DNA from: Eledone cirrhosa
Lineage: Eukaryota
NCBI GenBank assembly: GCA_964016885.1
Contig: OZ024747.1
Span: 80,786,001 to 80,850,000, forward strand
Reading direction: 5' to 3'
DNA length: 64,000 nt
This document shows positions 1 to 15,100 of the stretch, piece after piece (within the stretch, counting starts at the first letter, position 1; every line of letters starts with the position of its first letter). A program made the position numbers and the translations under genes. A model generated the notes under the pieces. The model had not been told where the DNA came from and did no database searches. It saw only the letters and a program-made list of their open reading frames with translations.

Positions 1-74
1 ACATCCGATATGATTAGCTAATTCAGCTGCACTTAACATCAAATGCTTACATATATCTAAACGACAGTTATAGG

Positions 75-197
75 ATGAATGCTTCCGATCAAACTCTACC
101 AACTCTATTTCTTCAAAATACTAATCTAGACGACCTGGCAAATGAAAGCCTATATCATCTAAATATCAATCAGAATTCTATTTTGATTAATATTTAC
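75..197 (+). CDS. Candidate coding exon (41 codons) resembling the N-terminus of animal uridine phosphorylase (UPP1/UPP2 type)
   Basis: ATG at 75, open to a GTGAGT splice donor at 198 (phase 0); AG at 72-73 precedes it. Translation MNASDQTLPTLFLQNTNLDDLANESLYHLNINQNSILINIY resembles, from memory, human UPP1 [21 protein letters not shown]. No downstream exon was confidently found in the window. Confidence 0.4.
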
Positions 198-3100
198 GTG
201 AGTGTCTAAGACAACATCTAAAGTTGGTGTGTTTCTGTTTGTAAAATATAATCAGCTCGTTAATACGTAATATCAATTTTAGTTGACTTCTACAGACAGT
301 ATTTTTTATATTTAACATATACAATAAGTATGGCTTTCCAGACAGTATCTACAGCCGATTTCTATTCATAACAACCTACAGATTACACCAATATATTACG
401 GCTGTATAATCGATATATACTCACCGTATGTGGCAATAGCGTCTATAGTCAATATATACTGACTGTCTGTAGTAATAGCCTCTATAGTCAATATATACTG
501 ACTGTCTGTAGTAATAGCCTCTATAGTCAATATATACTGACTGTATGTAGTAATAGACTCTATAGTCAATATATACTGACTGTATGTAGTAATAGCCTCT
601 ATAGTCAATATATACTGACGGTATGTAGTAATAGCCTCTATAGTCAATATATACTGACTGTATGTAGTAATAGCCTCTATAGTCAATATATAATGACTGT
701 CTGTAGTAATAGCCTCTATAGTCAATATATACTGACTGTATGTAGTAATAGCCTCTATAGTCAACATATACTGACTGTATGTAGTAATAGCCTCTATAGT
801 CAACATATACTGACTGTATGTAGTAATAGACTCTATAGTCAATATATACTGACTGTATGTAGTAATAGCCTCTATAGTCAACATATACTGACTGTATGTA
901 GTAATAGCCTCTATAGTCAACATATACTGACTGTATGTAGTAATAGACTCTATAGTCAATATATACTGACGGTATGTAGTAATAGCCTCTATAGTCAATA
1001 TATACTGACTGTATGTAGTAATAGCCTCTTTAGTCAATATATACTGACTGTATGTAGTAATAGCCTCTATAGTCAATATATACTGACGGTATGTAGTAAT
1101 AGCCTCTATAGTCAATATATACTGACTGTATGTAGTAATAGACTCTATAGTCAATATATACTGACTGTATGTAGTAATAGCCTACATAGTCAATATATAC
1201 TGACTGTATGTAGTAATAGCTTCTATAGTCAATATATACTGACTGTATGTGGTAATAGCCTCTATAGTGAATATATACTGACGGTGTGTAGTAATAGCCT
1301 CTATAGTCAACATATACTGACTGTATGTAGTAATAGCTTCTATAGTCAATATATACTGACGGTATGTAGTAATAGCCTCTATAGTCAATATATACTGACT
1401 GTATGTAGTAATAGCCTCTATAGCCAACATATACTGACTGTATGTAGTAATAGCCTCTATAGTCAATATATACTGACTGTAAGTAATAATAGCTTCTATA
1501 GTCAATATATACTGACGGTATATAGTAATATCCTCTATAGTCAATATATACTGACGGTATATAGTAGTAGCCTCTATAGTCAACATATACTGACGGTATA
1601 TAGTAATAGCCTCAATAGTCAATATATACTGACGGTATATAGTAATAGCCTCTATAGTCAATATATACTGACTGTATGTAGTAATAGCCTCTATAGTCAA
1701 CATATACTGACTGTATGTAGTAATAGCCTCTATAGTCAATATATACTGACTGTATGTAGTAATAGCCTCTTTAGTCAATATATACTGACTGTATGTAGTA
1801 ATAGCCTCTATAGTCAATATATACTGACGGTATATAGTAATAGCCTCTATAGTCAATATATACTGACTGTATGTAGTAATAGCTTCTATAGTCAACATAT
1901 ACTGACTGTATGTAGTAATAGCCTCTATAGTCAACATATACTGACTGTATGTAGTAATAGCCTCTATAGTCAATATATACTGACTGTATGTAGTAATAGC
2001 CTACATAGTCAATATATACTGACTGTATGTAGTAATAGCCTCTATAGTCAATATATACTGACTGTCTGTAGTAATAGCCTCTATAGTCAATATATACTGA
2101 CTGTATGTAGTAATAGCCTCTATAGTCAATATATACTGACGGTATGTAGTAATAGCCTCTATAGTCAATATATACTGACTGTATGTAGTAATAGCCTCTA
2201 TAGTCAATATATACTGACTGTATGTAGTAATAGCCTACATAGTCAATATATACTGACTGTATGTAGTAATAGCCTCTATAGTCAATATATACTGACTGTA
2301 TGTAGTAATAGCCTACATAGTCAATATAAACTGACTGTATGTAGTAATAGCCTCTATAGTCAATATATACTGACTGTCTGTAGTAATAGCCTCTATAGTC
2401 AATATATACTGACTGTATGTAATAATAGCCTCTATAGTCAACATATACTGACTGTATGTAGTAATAGCCTCTATAGTCAATATATACTGACGGTATGTAG
2501 TAATAGCCTCTATAGTCAATATATACTGACTGTATGTAGTAATAGCCTCTATAGTCAATATATACTGACTGTATGTAGTAATAGCCTACATAGTCAATAT
2601 ATACTGACTGTATGTAGTAATAGCCTACATAGTCAACATATACTGACTGTATGTAGTAATAGCCTCTATAGTCAATATATACTGACTGTATGTAGTAATA
2701 GCCTCTATAGTCAATATATACTGACTGTATGTAGTAATAGCCTACATAGTCAACATATACTGACTGTATGTAGTAATAGCCTCTATAGTCAATATATACT
2801 GACTGTATGTAGTAATAGCCTCTATAGTCAACATATACTGACTGTATGTAGTAATAGCCTCTATAGTCAATATATACTGACTGTATGTAGTAATAGCCTC
2901 TTTAGTCAATATATACTGACTGTATGTAGTAATAGCCTACATAGTCAATATATACTGACGGTATATAGTAATAGCCTCTATAGTCAATATATACTGACTG
3001 TATGTAGTAATAGCTTCTATAGTCAACATATACTGACTGTATGTAGTAATAGCCTCTATAGTCAACATATACTGACTGTATGTAGTAATAGCCTCTATAG

Positions 3101-6100
3101 TCAATATATACTGACTGTATGTAGTAATAGCCTACATAGTCAATATATACTGACTGTATGTAGTAATAGCCTCTATAGTCAATATATACTGACTGTCTGT
3201 AGTAATAGCCTCTATAGTCAATATATACTGACTGTATGTAGTAATAGCCTCTATAGTCAATATATACTGACGGTATGTAGTAATAGCCTCTATAGTCAAT
3301 ATATACTGACTGTATGTAATAATAGCCTCTATAGTCAACATATACTGACTGTATGTAGTAATAGCCTCTATAGTCAATATATACTGACGGTATGTAGTAA
3401 TAGCCTCTATAGTCAATATATACTGACTGTATGTAGTAATAGCCTCTATAGTCAATATATACTGACTGTATGTAGTAATAGCCTACATAGTCAATATATA
3501 CTGACTGTATGTAGTAATAGCCTACATAGTCAACATATACTGACTGTATGTAGTAATAGCCTCTATAGTCAATATATACTGACTGTATGTAGTAATAGCC
3601 TCTATAGTCAATATATACTGACTGTATGTAGTAATAGCCTACATAGTCAACATATACTGACTGTATGTAGTAATAGCCTCTATAGTCAATATATACTGAC
3701 TGTATGTAGTAATAGCCTCTATAGTCAATATATACTGACTGTATGTAGTAATAGCCTCTTTAGTCAATATATACTGACTGTATGTAGTAATAGCCTCTAT
3801 AGTCAATATATACTGACTGTATGTAGTAATAGCCTCTATAGTCAATATATACTGACTGTATGTAGTAATAGCCTCTATAGTCAATATATACTGACTGTAT
3901 GTAGTAATAGACTCTATAGTCAATATATACTGACGGTATGTAGTAATAGCCTCTATAGTCAATATATACTGACTGTATGTAGTAATAGCCTCTTTAGTCA
4001 ATATATACTGACTGTATGTAGTAATAGCCTCTTTAGTCAATATATACTGACTGTATGTAGTACTAGCCTCTATAGTCAATATATACTGACTGTCTGTAGT
4101 AATAGCCTCTATAGTCAATATATACTGACTGTATGTAGTAATAGCCTACATAGTTAACATATACTGACTGTATGTAGTAATAGCCTACATAGTCAATATA
4201 TACTGACTGTATGTAGTAATAGCCTCTATAGTCAATGTATACTGACTGTATGTAGTAATAGCCTCTATAGTCAATATATACTGACTGTATGTAGTAATAG
4301 CCTCTATAGTCAATATATACTGACTGTATGTAGTAATAGCCTCTATAGACAATATATACTGACTGTATGTAGTAATAGACTCTATAGTCAATATATACTG
4401 ACTGTATGTAGTAATAGCTTCTATAGTCAATATATACTGACTGTATGTAGTAATAGCCTCTATAGTCAATATATACTGACTGTATGTAGTAATAGCCTCT
4501 ATAGTCAATATATACTGACGGTATATAGTAATAGCCTCTATAGTCAATATATACTGACTGTATGTAGTAATAGCCTACATAGTCAATGTATACTGACTGT
4601 ATGTAGTAATAGCCTACATAGTCAATATATACTGACGGTATGTAGTAATAGCTTCTATAGTCAATATATACTGACAGTATGTAGTAATAGCCTCTATAGT
4701 CAATATATACTGACAGTATGTAGTAATAGCCTCTATAGTCAATATATACTGACGGTATATAGTAATAGCCTCTATAGTCAATATATACTGACTGTATGTA
4801 GTAATAGCTTCTATAGTCAATATATACTGACAGTATGTAGTAATAGCCTCTATAGTCAATATATACTGACGGTATATAGTAATAGCCTCTATAGTCAATA
4901 TATACTGACTGTATGTAGTAATAGCCTCTATAGTCAATATATACTGACTGTATGTAGTAATAGCTTCTATAGTCAATATATACTGACTGTATGTAGTAAT
5001 AGCTTCTATAGTCAATATATACTGACTGTCTGTAGTAATAGCTTCTATAGTCAATATATACTGACTGTCTGTAGTAATAGCCTCTATAGTCAACATATAC
5101 TGACTGTATGTAGTAATAGCTTCTATAGTCAATATATACTGACGGTATGTAGTAATAGCCTCTATAGTCAATATATACTGACTGTATGTAGTAATAGCCT
5201 CTATAGTCAACATATACTGACTGTATGTAGTAATAGCCTCTATAGTCAATATATACTGACTGTATGTAGTAATAGCTTCTATAGTCAATATATACTGTCA
5301 GTATGTAGTAATAGCCTCTATAGTCAATATATACTGACTGTATGTAGTAATAGCCTCTATAGTCAATATATACTGACGGTATATAGTAATAGCCTCTATA
5401 GTCAATATATACTGACTGTATGTAGTAATAGCCTTTATAGTCAATATATACTGACTGTATGTAATAATAGCTTCTATAGTCAATATATACTGACTGCATG
5501 TAGTAATAGCTTCTATAGTCAATATATACTGACTGTCTGTAGTAATAGCTTCTATAGTCAATATATACTGACTGTCTGTAGTAATAGCCTCTATAGTCAA
5601 CATATACTGACTGTATGTAGTAATAGCTTCTATAGTCAATATATACTGACGGTATGTAGTAATAGCCTCTATAGTCAATATATACTGACTGTATGTAGTA
5701 ATAGCCTCTATAGTCAACATATACTGACTGTATGTAGTAATAGCCTCTATAGTCAATATATACTGACTGTATGTAGTAATAGCTTCTATAGTCAATATAT
5801 ACTGACGGTATATAGTTATAGCCTACATAGTCAATATATACTGACGGTATATAGTAATAGCCTCTATAGTCAACATATACTGACGGTATATAGTAATAGC
5901 CTCTATAGTCAATATATACTGACGGTATATAGTAATAGCCTCTATAGTCAATATATACTGACTGTATGTAGTAATAGCCTCTATAGTCAACATATACTGA
6001 ATGTATGTAGTAATAGCCTCTATAGTCAATATATACTGACTGTATGTAGTAATAGCCTCTATAGTCAATATATACTGACTGTATGTAGTAATAGCCTCTT

Positions 6101-9100
6101 TAGTCAATATATACTGACTGTATATAGTAATAGCCTACATAGTCAACATATACTGACTGTATGTAGTAATAGCCTCTATAGTCAATATATACTGACGGTA
6201 TATAGTAATAGCCTCTATAGTCAATATATACTGACGGTATGTAGTAATAGCCTCTATAGTCAACATATACTGACTGTATATAGTAATAGCCTCTATAGTC
6301 AATATATACTGACTGTATGTAGTAATAGCCTACATAGTCAATATATACTGATTACTGTATGTAGTAATAGCCTCTATAGTCAATATATACTGACTGTATG
6401 TAGTAATAGCCTACATAGTCAATATATACTGACTGTATGTAGTAATAGCCTCTATAGTCAATATATACTGACTGTATGTAGTAATAGCTTCTATAGTCAA
6501 CATATACTGACTGTATGTAGTAATAGCCTCTATAGTCAACATATACTGACTGTATGTAGTAATAGCCTCTATAGTCAATATATACTGACTGTATGTAGTA
6601 ATAGCCTCTATAGTCAATATATACTGACTGTATGTAGTAATAGCCTACATAGTCAATATATACTGACTGTATGTAGTAATAGCCTCTATAGTCAATATAT
6701 ACTGACTGTCTGTAGTAATAGCCTACATAGTCAATATATACTGACTGTATGTAGTAATAGCCTCTATAGTCAATATATACTGACGGTATGTAGTAATAGC
6801 CTCTATAGTCAACATATACTGACTGTATATAGTAATAGCCTCTATAGTCAATATATACTGACTGTATATAGTAATAGCCTCTATAGTCAATATATACAGA
6901 CTGTATGTAGTAATAGACTCTATAGTCAATATATACTGACTGTATGTAGTAATAGCCTACATAGTCAATATATACTGACTGTATGTAGTAATAGCCTACA
7001 TAGTCAATATATACTGACTGTATGTAGTAATAGCCTCTATAGTCAATATATACTGACTGTCTGTAGTAATAGCCTACATAGTCAATATATACTGACTGTA
7101 TGTAGTAATAGCCTCTATAGTCAATATATACTGACGGTATGTAGTAATAGCCTACATAGTCAATATATACGGACTGTATGTAGTAATAGCCTCTATAGTC
7201 AATATATACTGACTGTATGTAGTAATAGCCTCTATAGTCAATATATACTGACTGTATGTAGTAATAGCCTCTATAGTCAACATATACTGAATGTATGTAG
7301 TAATAGCCTCTATAGTCAATATATACTGACTGTATGTAGTAATAGCCTCTATAGTCAATATATACTGACGGTATATAGTAATAGCCTCTATAGTCAATAT
7401 ATACTGACTGTATGTAGTAATAGCCTACATAGTCAATGTATACTGACTGTATGTAGTAATAGCCTACATAGTCAATATATACTGACGGTATGTAGTAATA
7501 GCTTCTATAGTCAATATATACTGACAGTATGTAGTAATAGCCTCTATAGTCAATATATACTGACAGTATGTAGTAATAGCCTCTATAGTCAATATATACT
7601 GACGGTATATAGTAATAGCCTCTATAGTCAATATATACTGACTGTATGTAGTAATAGCTTCTATAGTCAATATATACTGACAGTATGTAGTAATAGCCTC
7701 TATAGTCAATATATACTGACGGTATATAGTAATAGCCTCTATAGTCAATATATACTGACTGTATGTAGTAATAGCCTCTATAGTCAATATATACTGACTG
7801 TATGTAGTAATAGCTTCTATAGTCAATATATACTGACTGTATGTAGTAATAGCTTCTATAGTCAATATATACTGACTGTCTGTAGTAATAGCTTCTATAG
7901 TCAATATATACTGACTGTCTGTAGTAATAGCCTCTATAGTCAACATATACTGACTGTATGTAGTAATAGCTTCTATAGTCAATATATACTGACGGTATGT
8001 AGTAATAGCCTCTATAGTCAATATATACTGACTGTATGTAGTAATAGCCTCTATAGTCAACATATACTGACTGTATGTAGTAATAGCCTCTATAGTCAAT
8101 ATATACTGACTGTATGTAGTAATAGCTTCTATAGTCAATATATACTGTCAGTATGTAGTAATAGCCTCTATAGTCAATATATACTGACTGTATGTAGTAA
8201 TAGCCTCTATAGTCAATATATACTGACGGTATATAGTAATAGCCTCTATAGTCAATATATACTGACTGTATGTAGTAATAGCCTTTATAGTCAATATATA
8301 CTGACTGTATGTAATAATAGCTTCTATAGTCAATATATACTGACTGCATGTAGTAATAGCTTCTATAGTCAATATATACTGACTGTCTGTAGTAATAGCT
8401 TCTATAGTCAATATATACTGACTGTCTGTAGTAATAGCCTCTATAGTCAACATATACTGACTGTATGTAGTAATAGCTTCTATAGTCAATATATACTGAC
8501 GGTATGTAGTAATAGCCTCTATAGTCAATATATACTGACTGTATGTAGTAATAGCCTCTATAGTCAACATATACTGACTGTATGTAGTAATAGCCTCTAT
8601 AGTCAATATATACTGACTGTATGTAGTAATAGCTTCTATAGTCAATATATACTGACGGTATATAGTTATAGCCTACATAGTCAATATATACTGACGGTAT
8701 ATAGTAATAGCCTCTATAGTCAACATATACTGACGGTATATAGTAATAGCCTCTATAGTCAATATATACTGACGGTATATAGTAATAGCCTCTATAGTCA
8801 ATATATACTGACTGTATGTAGTAATAGCCTCTATAGTCAACATATACTGAATGTATGTAGTAATAGCCTCTATAGTCAATATATACTGACTGTATGTAGT
8901 AATAGCCTCTATAGTCAATATATACTGACTGTATGTAGTAATAGCCTCTTTAGTCAATATATACTGACTGTATATAGTAATAGCCTACATAGTCAACATA
9001 TACTGACTGTATGTAGTAATAGCCTCTATAGTCAATATATACTGACGGTATATAGTAATAGCCTCTATAGTCAATATATACTGACGGTATGTAGTAATAG

Positions 9101-12100
9101 CCTCTATAGTCAACATATACTGACTGTATATAGTAATAGCCTCTATAGTCAATATATACTGACTGTATGTAGTAATAGCCTACATAGTCAATATATACTG
9201 ATTACTGTATGTAGTAATAGCCTCTATAGTCAATATATACTGACTGTATGTAGTAATAGCCTACATAGTCAATATATACTGACTGTATGTAGTAATAGCC
9301 TCTATAGTCAATATATACTGACTGTATGTAGTAATAGCTTCTATAGTCAACATATACTGACTGTATGTAGTAATAGCCTCTATAGTCAACATATACTGAC
9401 TGTATGTAGTAATAGCCTCTATAGTCAATATATACTGACTGTATGTAGTAATAGCCTCTATAGTCAATATATACTGACTGTATGTAGTAATAGCCTACAT
9501 AGTCAATATATACTGACTGTATGTAGTAATAGCCTCTATAGTCAATATATACTGACTGTCTGTAGTAATAGCCTACATAGTCAATATATACTGACTGTAT
9601 GTAGTAATAGCCTCTATAGTCAATATATACTGACGGTATGTAGTAATAGCCTCTATAGTCAACATATACTGACTGTATATAGTAATAGCCTCTATAGTCA
9701 ATATATACTGACTGTATATAGTAATAGCCTCTATAGTCAATATATACAGACTGTATGTAGTAATAGACTCTATAGTCAATATATACTGACTGTATGTAGT
9801 AATAGCCTACATAGTCAATATATACTGACTGTATGTAGTAATAGCCTACATAGTCAATATATACTGACTGTATGTAGTAATAGCCTCTATAGTCAATATA
9901 TACTGACTGTCTGTAGTAATAGCCTACATAGTCAATATATACTGACTGTATGTAGTAATAGCCTCTATAGTCAATATATACTGACGGTATGTAGTAATAG
10001 CCTACATAGTCAATATATACGGACTGTATGTAGTAATAGCCTCTATAGTCAATATATACTGACTGTATGTAGTAATAGCCTCTATAGTCAATATATACTG
10101 ACTGTATGTAGTAATAGCCTCTATAGTCAACATATACTGAATGTATGTAGTAATAGCCTCTATAGTCAATATATACTGACTGTATGTAGTAATAGCCTCT
10201 ATAGTCAATATATACTGACTGTATGTAGTAATAGCCTCTTTAGTCAATATATACTGACTGTATATAGTAATAGCCTACATAGTCAACATATACTGACTGT
10301 ATGTAGTAATAGCCTCTATAGTCAATATATACTGACGGTATATAGTAATAGCCTCTATAGTCAATATATACTGACGGTATGTAGTAATAGCCTCTATAGT
10401 CAACATATACTGACTGTATATAGTAATAGCCTCTATAGTCAATATATACTGACTGTATGTAGTAATAGCCTACATAGTCAATATATACTGACTACTGTAT
10501 GTAGTAATAGCCTCTATAGTCAATATATACTGACTGTATGTAGTAATAGCCTACATAGTCAATATATACTGACTGTATGTAGTAATAGCCTCTATAGTCA
10601 ATATATACTGACTGTATGTAGTAATAGCTTCTATAGTCAACATATACTGACTGTATGTAGTAATAGCCTCTATAGTGAACATATACTGACTGTATGTAGT
10701 AATAGCCTCTATAGTCAATATATACTGACGGTATATAGTAATAGCCCCTATAGTCAACATATACTGACTGTATATAGTAATAGCCTCTATAGTCAATATA
10801 TACTGACTGTATGTAGTAATAGCCTCTATAGTCAATATATACTGACTGTATGTAGTAATAGCCTCTATAGTCAATATATACTGACTGTATGTAGTAATAG
10901 CCTACATAGTCAATATATACTGACTGTATGTAGTAATAGCCTCTATAGTCAATATATACTGACTGTCTGTAGTAATAGCCTACATAGTCAATATATACTG
11001 ACTGTATGTAGTAATAGCCTCTATAGTCAATATATACTGACGGTATGTAGTAATAGCCTCTATAGTCAACATATACTGACTGTATATAGTAATAGCCTCT
11101 ATAGTCAATATATACTGACTGTATATAGTAATAGCCTCTATAGTCAATATATACAGACTGTATGTAGTAATAGACTCTATAGTCAATATATACTGACTGT
11201 ATGTAGTAATAGCCTACATAGTCAATATATACTGACTGTATGTAGTAATAGCCTACATAGTCAATATATACTGACTGTATGTAGTAATAGCCTCTATAGT
11301 CAATATATACTGACTGTCTGTAGTAATAGCCTACATAGTCAATATATACTGACTGTATGTAGTAATAGCCTCTATAGTCAATATATACTGACGGTATGTA
11401 GTAATAGCCTACATAGTCAATATATACGGACTGTATGTAGTAAGAGCCTCTATAGTCAATATATACTGACTGTATGTAGTAATAGCCTCTATAGTCAATA
11501 TATACTGACTGTCTGTAGTAATAGCCTACATAGTCAATATATACTGACGGTATGTAGTAATAGCCTACATAGTCAATATATACTGACTGTATGTAGTAAT
11601 AGCCTACATAGTCAATATATACTGACTGTATGTAGTAATAGCCTCTATAGTCAATATATACTGACTGTATGTAGTAATAGCCTCTATAGTCAATATATAC
11701 TGACTGTATGTAGTAATAGCCTACATAGTCAATATATACTGACTGTATGTAGTAATAGCCTCTATAGTCAATATATACTGACTGTATGTAGTAATAGCCT
11801 CTATAGTCAATATATACTGACTGTATGTAGTAATAGACTCTATAGTCAATATATACTGACTGTATGTAGTAATAGCTTCTATAGTCAATATATACTGACA
11901 GTATGTAGTAATAGCCTCTATAGTCAATATATACTGACTGTATGTAGTAATAGCCTCTATAGTCAATATATACTGACGGTATATAGTAATAGCCTCTATA
12001 GTCAATATATACTAACTGTATGTATTAATAGCCTCTATAGTCAATATATACTGACTGTATGTAGTAATAGCTTCTATAGTCAATATATACTGACTGTATG

Positions 12101-15100
12101 TAGTAATAGCTTCTATAGTCAATATATACTGACTGTCTGTAGTAATAGCTTCTATAGTCAATATATACTGACTGTCTGTAGTAATAGCCTCTATAGTCAA
12201 CATATACTGACTGTATGTAGTAATAGCTTCTATAGTCAATATATACTGACGGTATGTAGTAATAGCCTCTATAGTCAATATATACTGACTGTATGTAGTA
12301 ATAGCCTCTATAGTCAACATATACTGACTGTATGTAGTAATAGTCTCTATAGTCAATATATACTGACTGTATGTAGTAATAGCTTCTATAGTCAATATAT
12401 ACTGACAGTATGTAGTAATAGCCTCTATAGTCAATATATACTGACTGTATGTAGTAATAGCCTCTATAGTCAATATATACTGACGGTATATAGTAATAGC
12501 CTCTATAGTCAATATATACTGACTGTATGTAGTAATAGCCTTTATAGTCAATATATACTGACTGTATGTAGTAATAGCTTCTATAGTCAATATATACTGA
12601 CTGTATGTAGTAATAGCTTCTATAGTCAATATATACTGACTGTCTGTAGTAATAGCTTCTATAGTCAATATATACTGACTGTCTGTAGTAATAGCCTCTA
12701 TAGTCAACATATACTGACTGTATGTAGTAATAGCTTCTATAGTCAATATATACTGACGGTATGTAGTAATAGCCTCTATAGTCAATATATACTGACTGTA
12801 TGTAGTAATAGCCTCTATAGTCAACATATACTGACTGTATGTAGTAATAGCCTCTATAGTCAATATATACTGACTGTATGTAGTAATAGCTTCTATAGTC
12901 AATATATACTGACGGTATATAGTTATAGCCTCTATAGTCAATATATACTGACGGTATATAGTAATAGCCTCTATAGTCAACATATACTGACGGTATATAG
13001 TAATAGCCTCTATAGTCAATATATACTGACGGTATATAGTAATAGCTTCTATAGTCAATATATACTGACTGTATGTAGTAATAGCCTCTATAGTCAACAT
13101 ATACTGACTGTATGTAGTAATAGCCTCTATAGTCAATATATACTGACTGTATGTAGTAATAGCCTCTATAGTCAATATATACTGACTGTATGTAGTAATA
13201 GCCTCTTTAGTCAATATATACTGACTGTATGTAGTAATAGCCTCTATAGTCAATATATACTGACGGTATATAGTAATAGCCTCTATAGTCAATATATACT
13301 GACTGTATGTAGTAATAGCTTCTATAGTCAACATATACTGACTGTATGTAGTAATAGCCTCTATAGTCAACATATACTGACTGTATGTAGTAATAGCCTC
13401 TATAGTCAATATATACTGATGGTATATAGTAATAGCCTCTATAGTCAACATATACTGACTGTATGTAGTAATAGCCCCTATAGTCAATATATACTGACGG
13501 TATATAGTAATAGCCTCTATAGTCAATATATACTGACGGTATGTAGTAATAGCCTCTATAGTCAACATATACTGACTGTATATAGTAATAGCCTCTATAG
13601 TCAATATATACTGACCGTATGTAGTAATAGCCTACATAGTCAATATATACTGACTACTGTATGTAGTAATAGCCTCTATAGTCAATATATACTGACTGTA
13701 TGTAGTAATAGCCTACATAGTCAATATATACTGACTGTATGTAGTAATAGTCTCTATAGTCAATATATACTGACGGTATATAGTAATAGCCTCTATAGTC
13801 AATATATACTGACTGTATGTAGTAATAGCTTCTATAGTCAACATATACTGACTATATGTAGTAATAGCCTCTATAGTCAATATATACTGACTGTATGTAG
13901 TAATAGCTTCTATAGTCAATATATACTGACGGTATATAGTTATAGCCTCTATAGTCAATATATACTGACGGTATATAGTAATAGCCTCTATAGTCAACAT
14001 ATACTGACGGTATATAGTAATAGCCTCTATAGTCAATATATACTTACGGTATATAGTAATAGCCTCTATAGTCAATATATACTGACTGTATGTAGTAATA
14101 GCCTCTATAGTCAATATATACTGACTGTATGTAGTAATAGCCTCTATAGTCAATATATACTGACTGTATGTAGTAATAGCCTACATAGTCAATATATACT
14201 GACTGTATGTAGTAATAGCCTCTAGAGTCAATATATACTGACTGTCTGTAGTAATAGCCTACATAGTCAATATATACTGACTGTATGTAGTAATAGCCTC
14301 TATAGTCAATATATACTGACGGTATGTAGTAATAGCCTCTATAGTCAACATATACTGACTGTATATAGTAATAGCCTCTATAGTCAATATATACTGACTG
14401 TATATAGTAATAGCCTCTATAGTCAATATATACTGACTGTATGTAGTAATAGCCTCTATAGTCAATATATACTGACTGTATGTAGTAATAGCCTACATAG
14501 TCAATATATACTGACTGTATGTAGTAATAGCCTACATAGTCAATATATACTGACTGTATGTAGTAATAGCCTCTATAGTCAATATATACTGACTGTCTGT
14601 AGTAATAGCCTACATAGTCAATATATACTGACTGTATGTAGTAATAGCCTCTATAGTCAATATATACTGACGGTATGTAGTAATAGCCTACATAGTCAAT
14701 ATATACGGACTGTATGTAGTAATAGCCTCTATAGTCAATATATACTGACTGTATGTAGTAATAGCCTCTATAGTCAATATATACTGACTGTCTGTAGTAA
14801 TAGCCTACATAGTCAATATATACTGACGGTATGTAGTAATAGCCTACATAGTCAATATATACTGACTGTATGTAGTAATAGCCTACATAGTCAATATATA
14901 CTGACTGTATGTAGTAATAGCCTCTATAGTCAATATATACTGACTGTATGTAGTAATAGCCTCTATAGTCAATATATACTGACTGTATGTAGTAATAGCC
15001 TACATAGTCAATATATACTGACTGTATGTAGTAATAGCCTCTATAGTCAATATATACTGACGGTATATAGTAATAGCCTACATAGTCAATATATACAGAC

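Noticed and set aside
4063-8349. Tyr-rich minus-frame peptide as a reflectin-like protein
   Set aside because: It lacks the Met/Asp-rich reflectin repeat motif; the similarity is compositional only.
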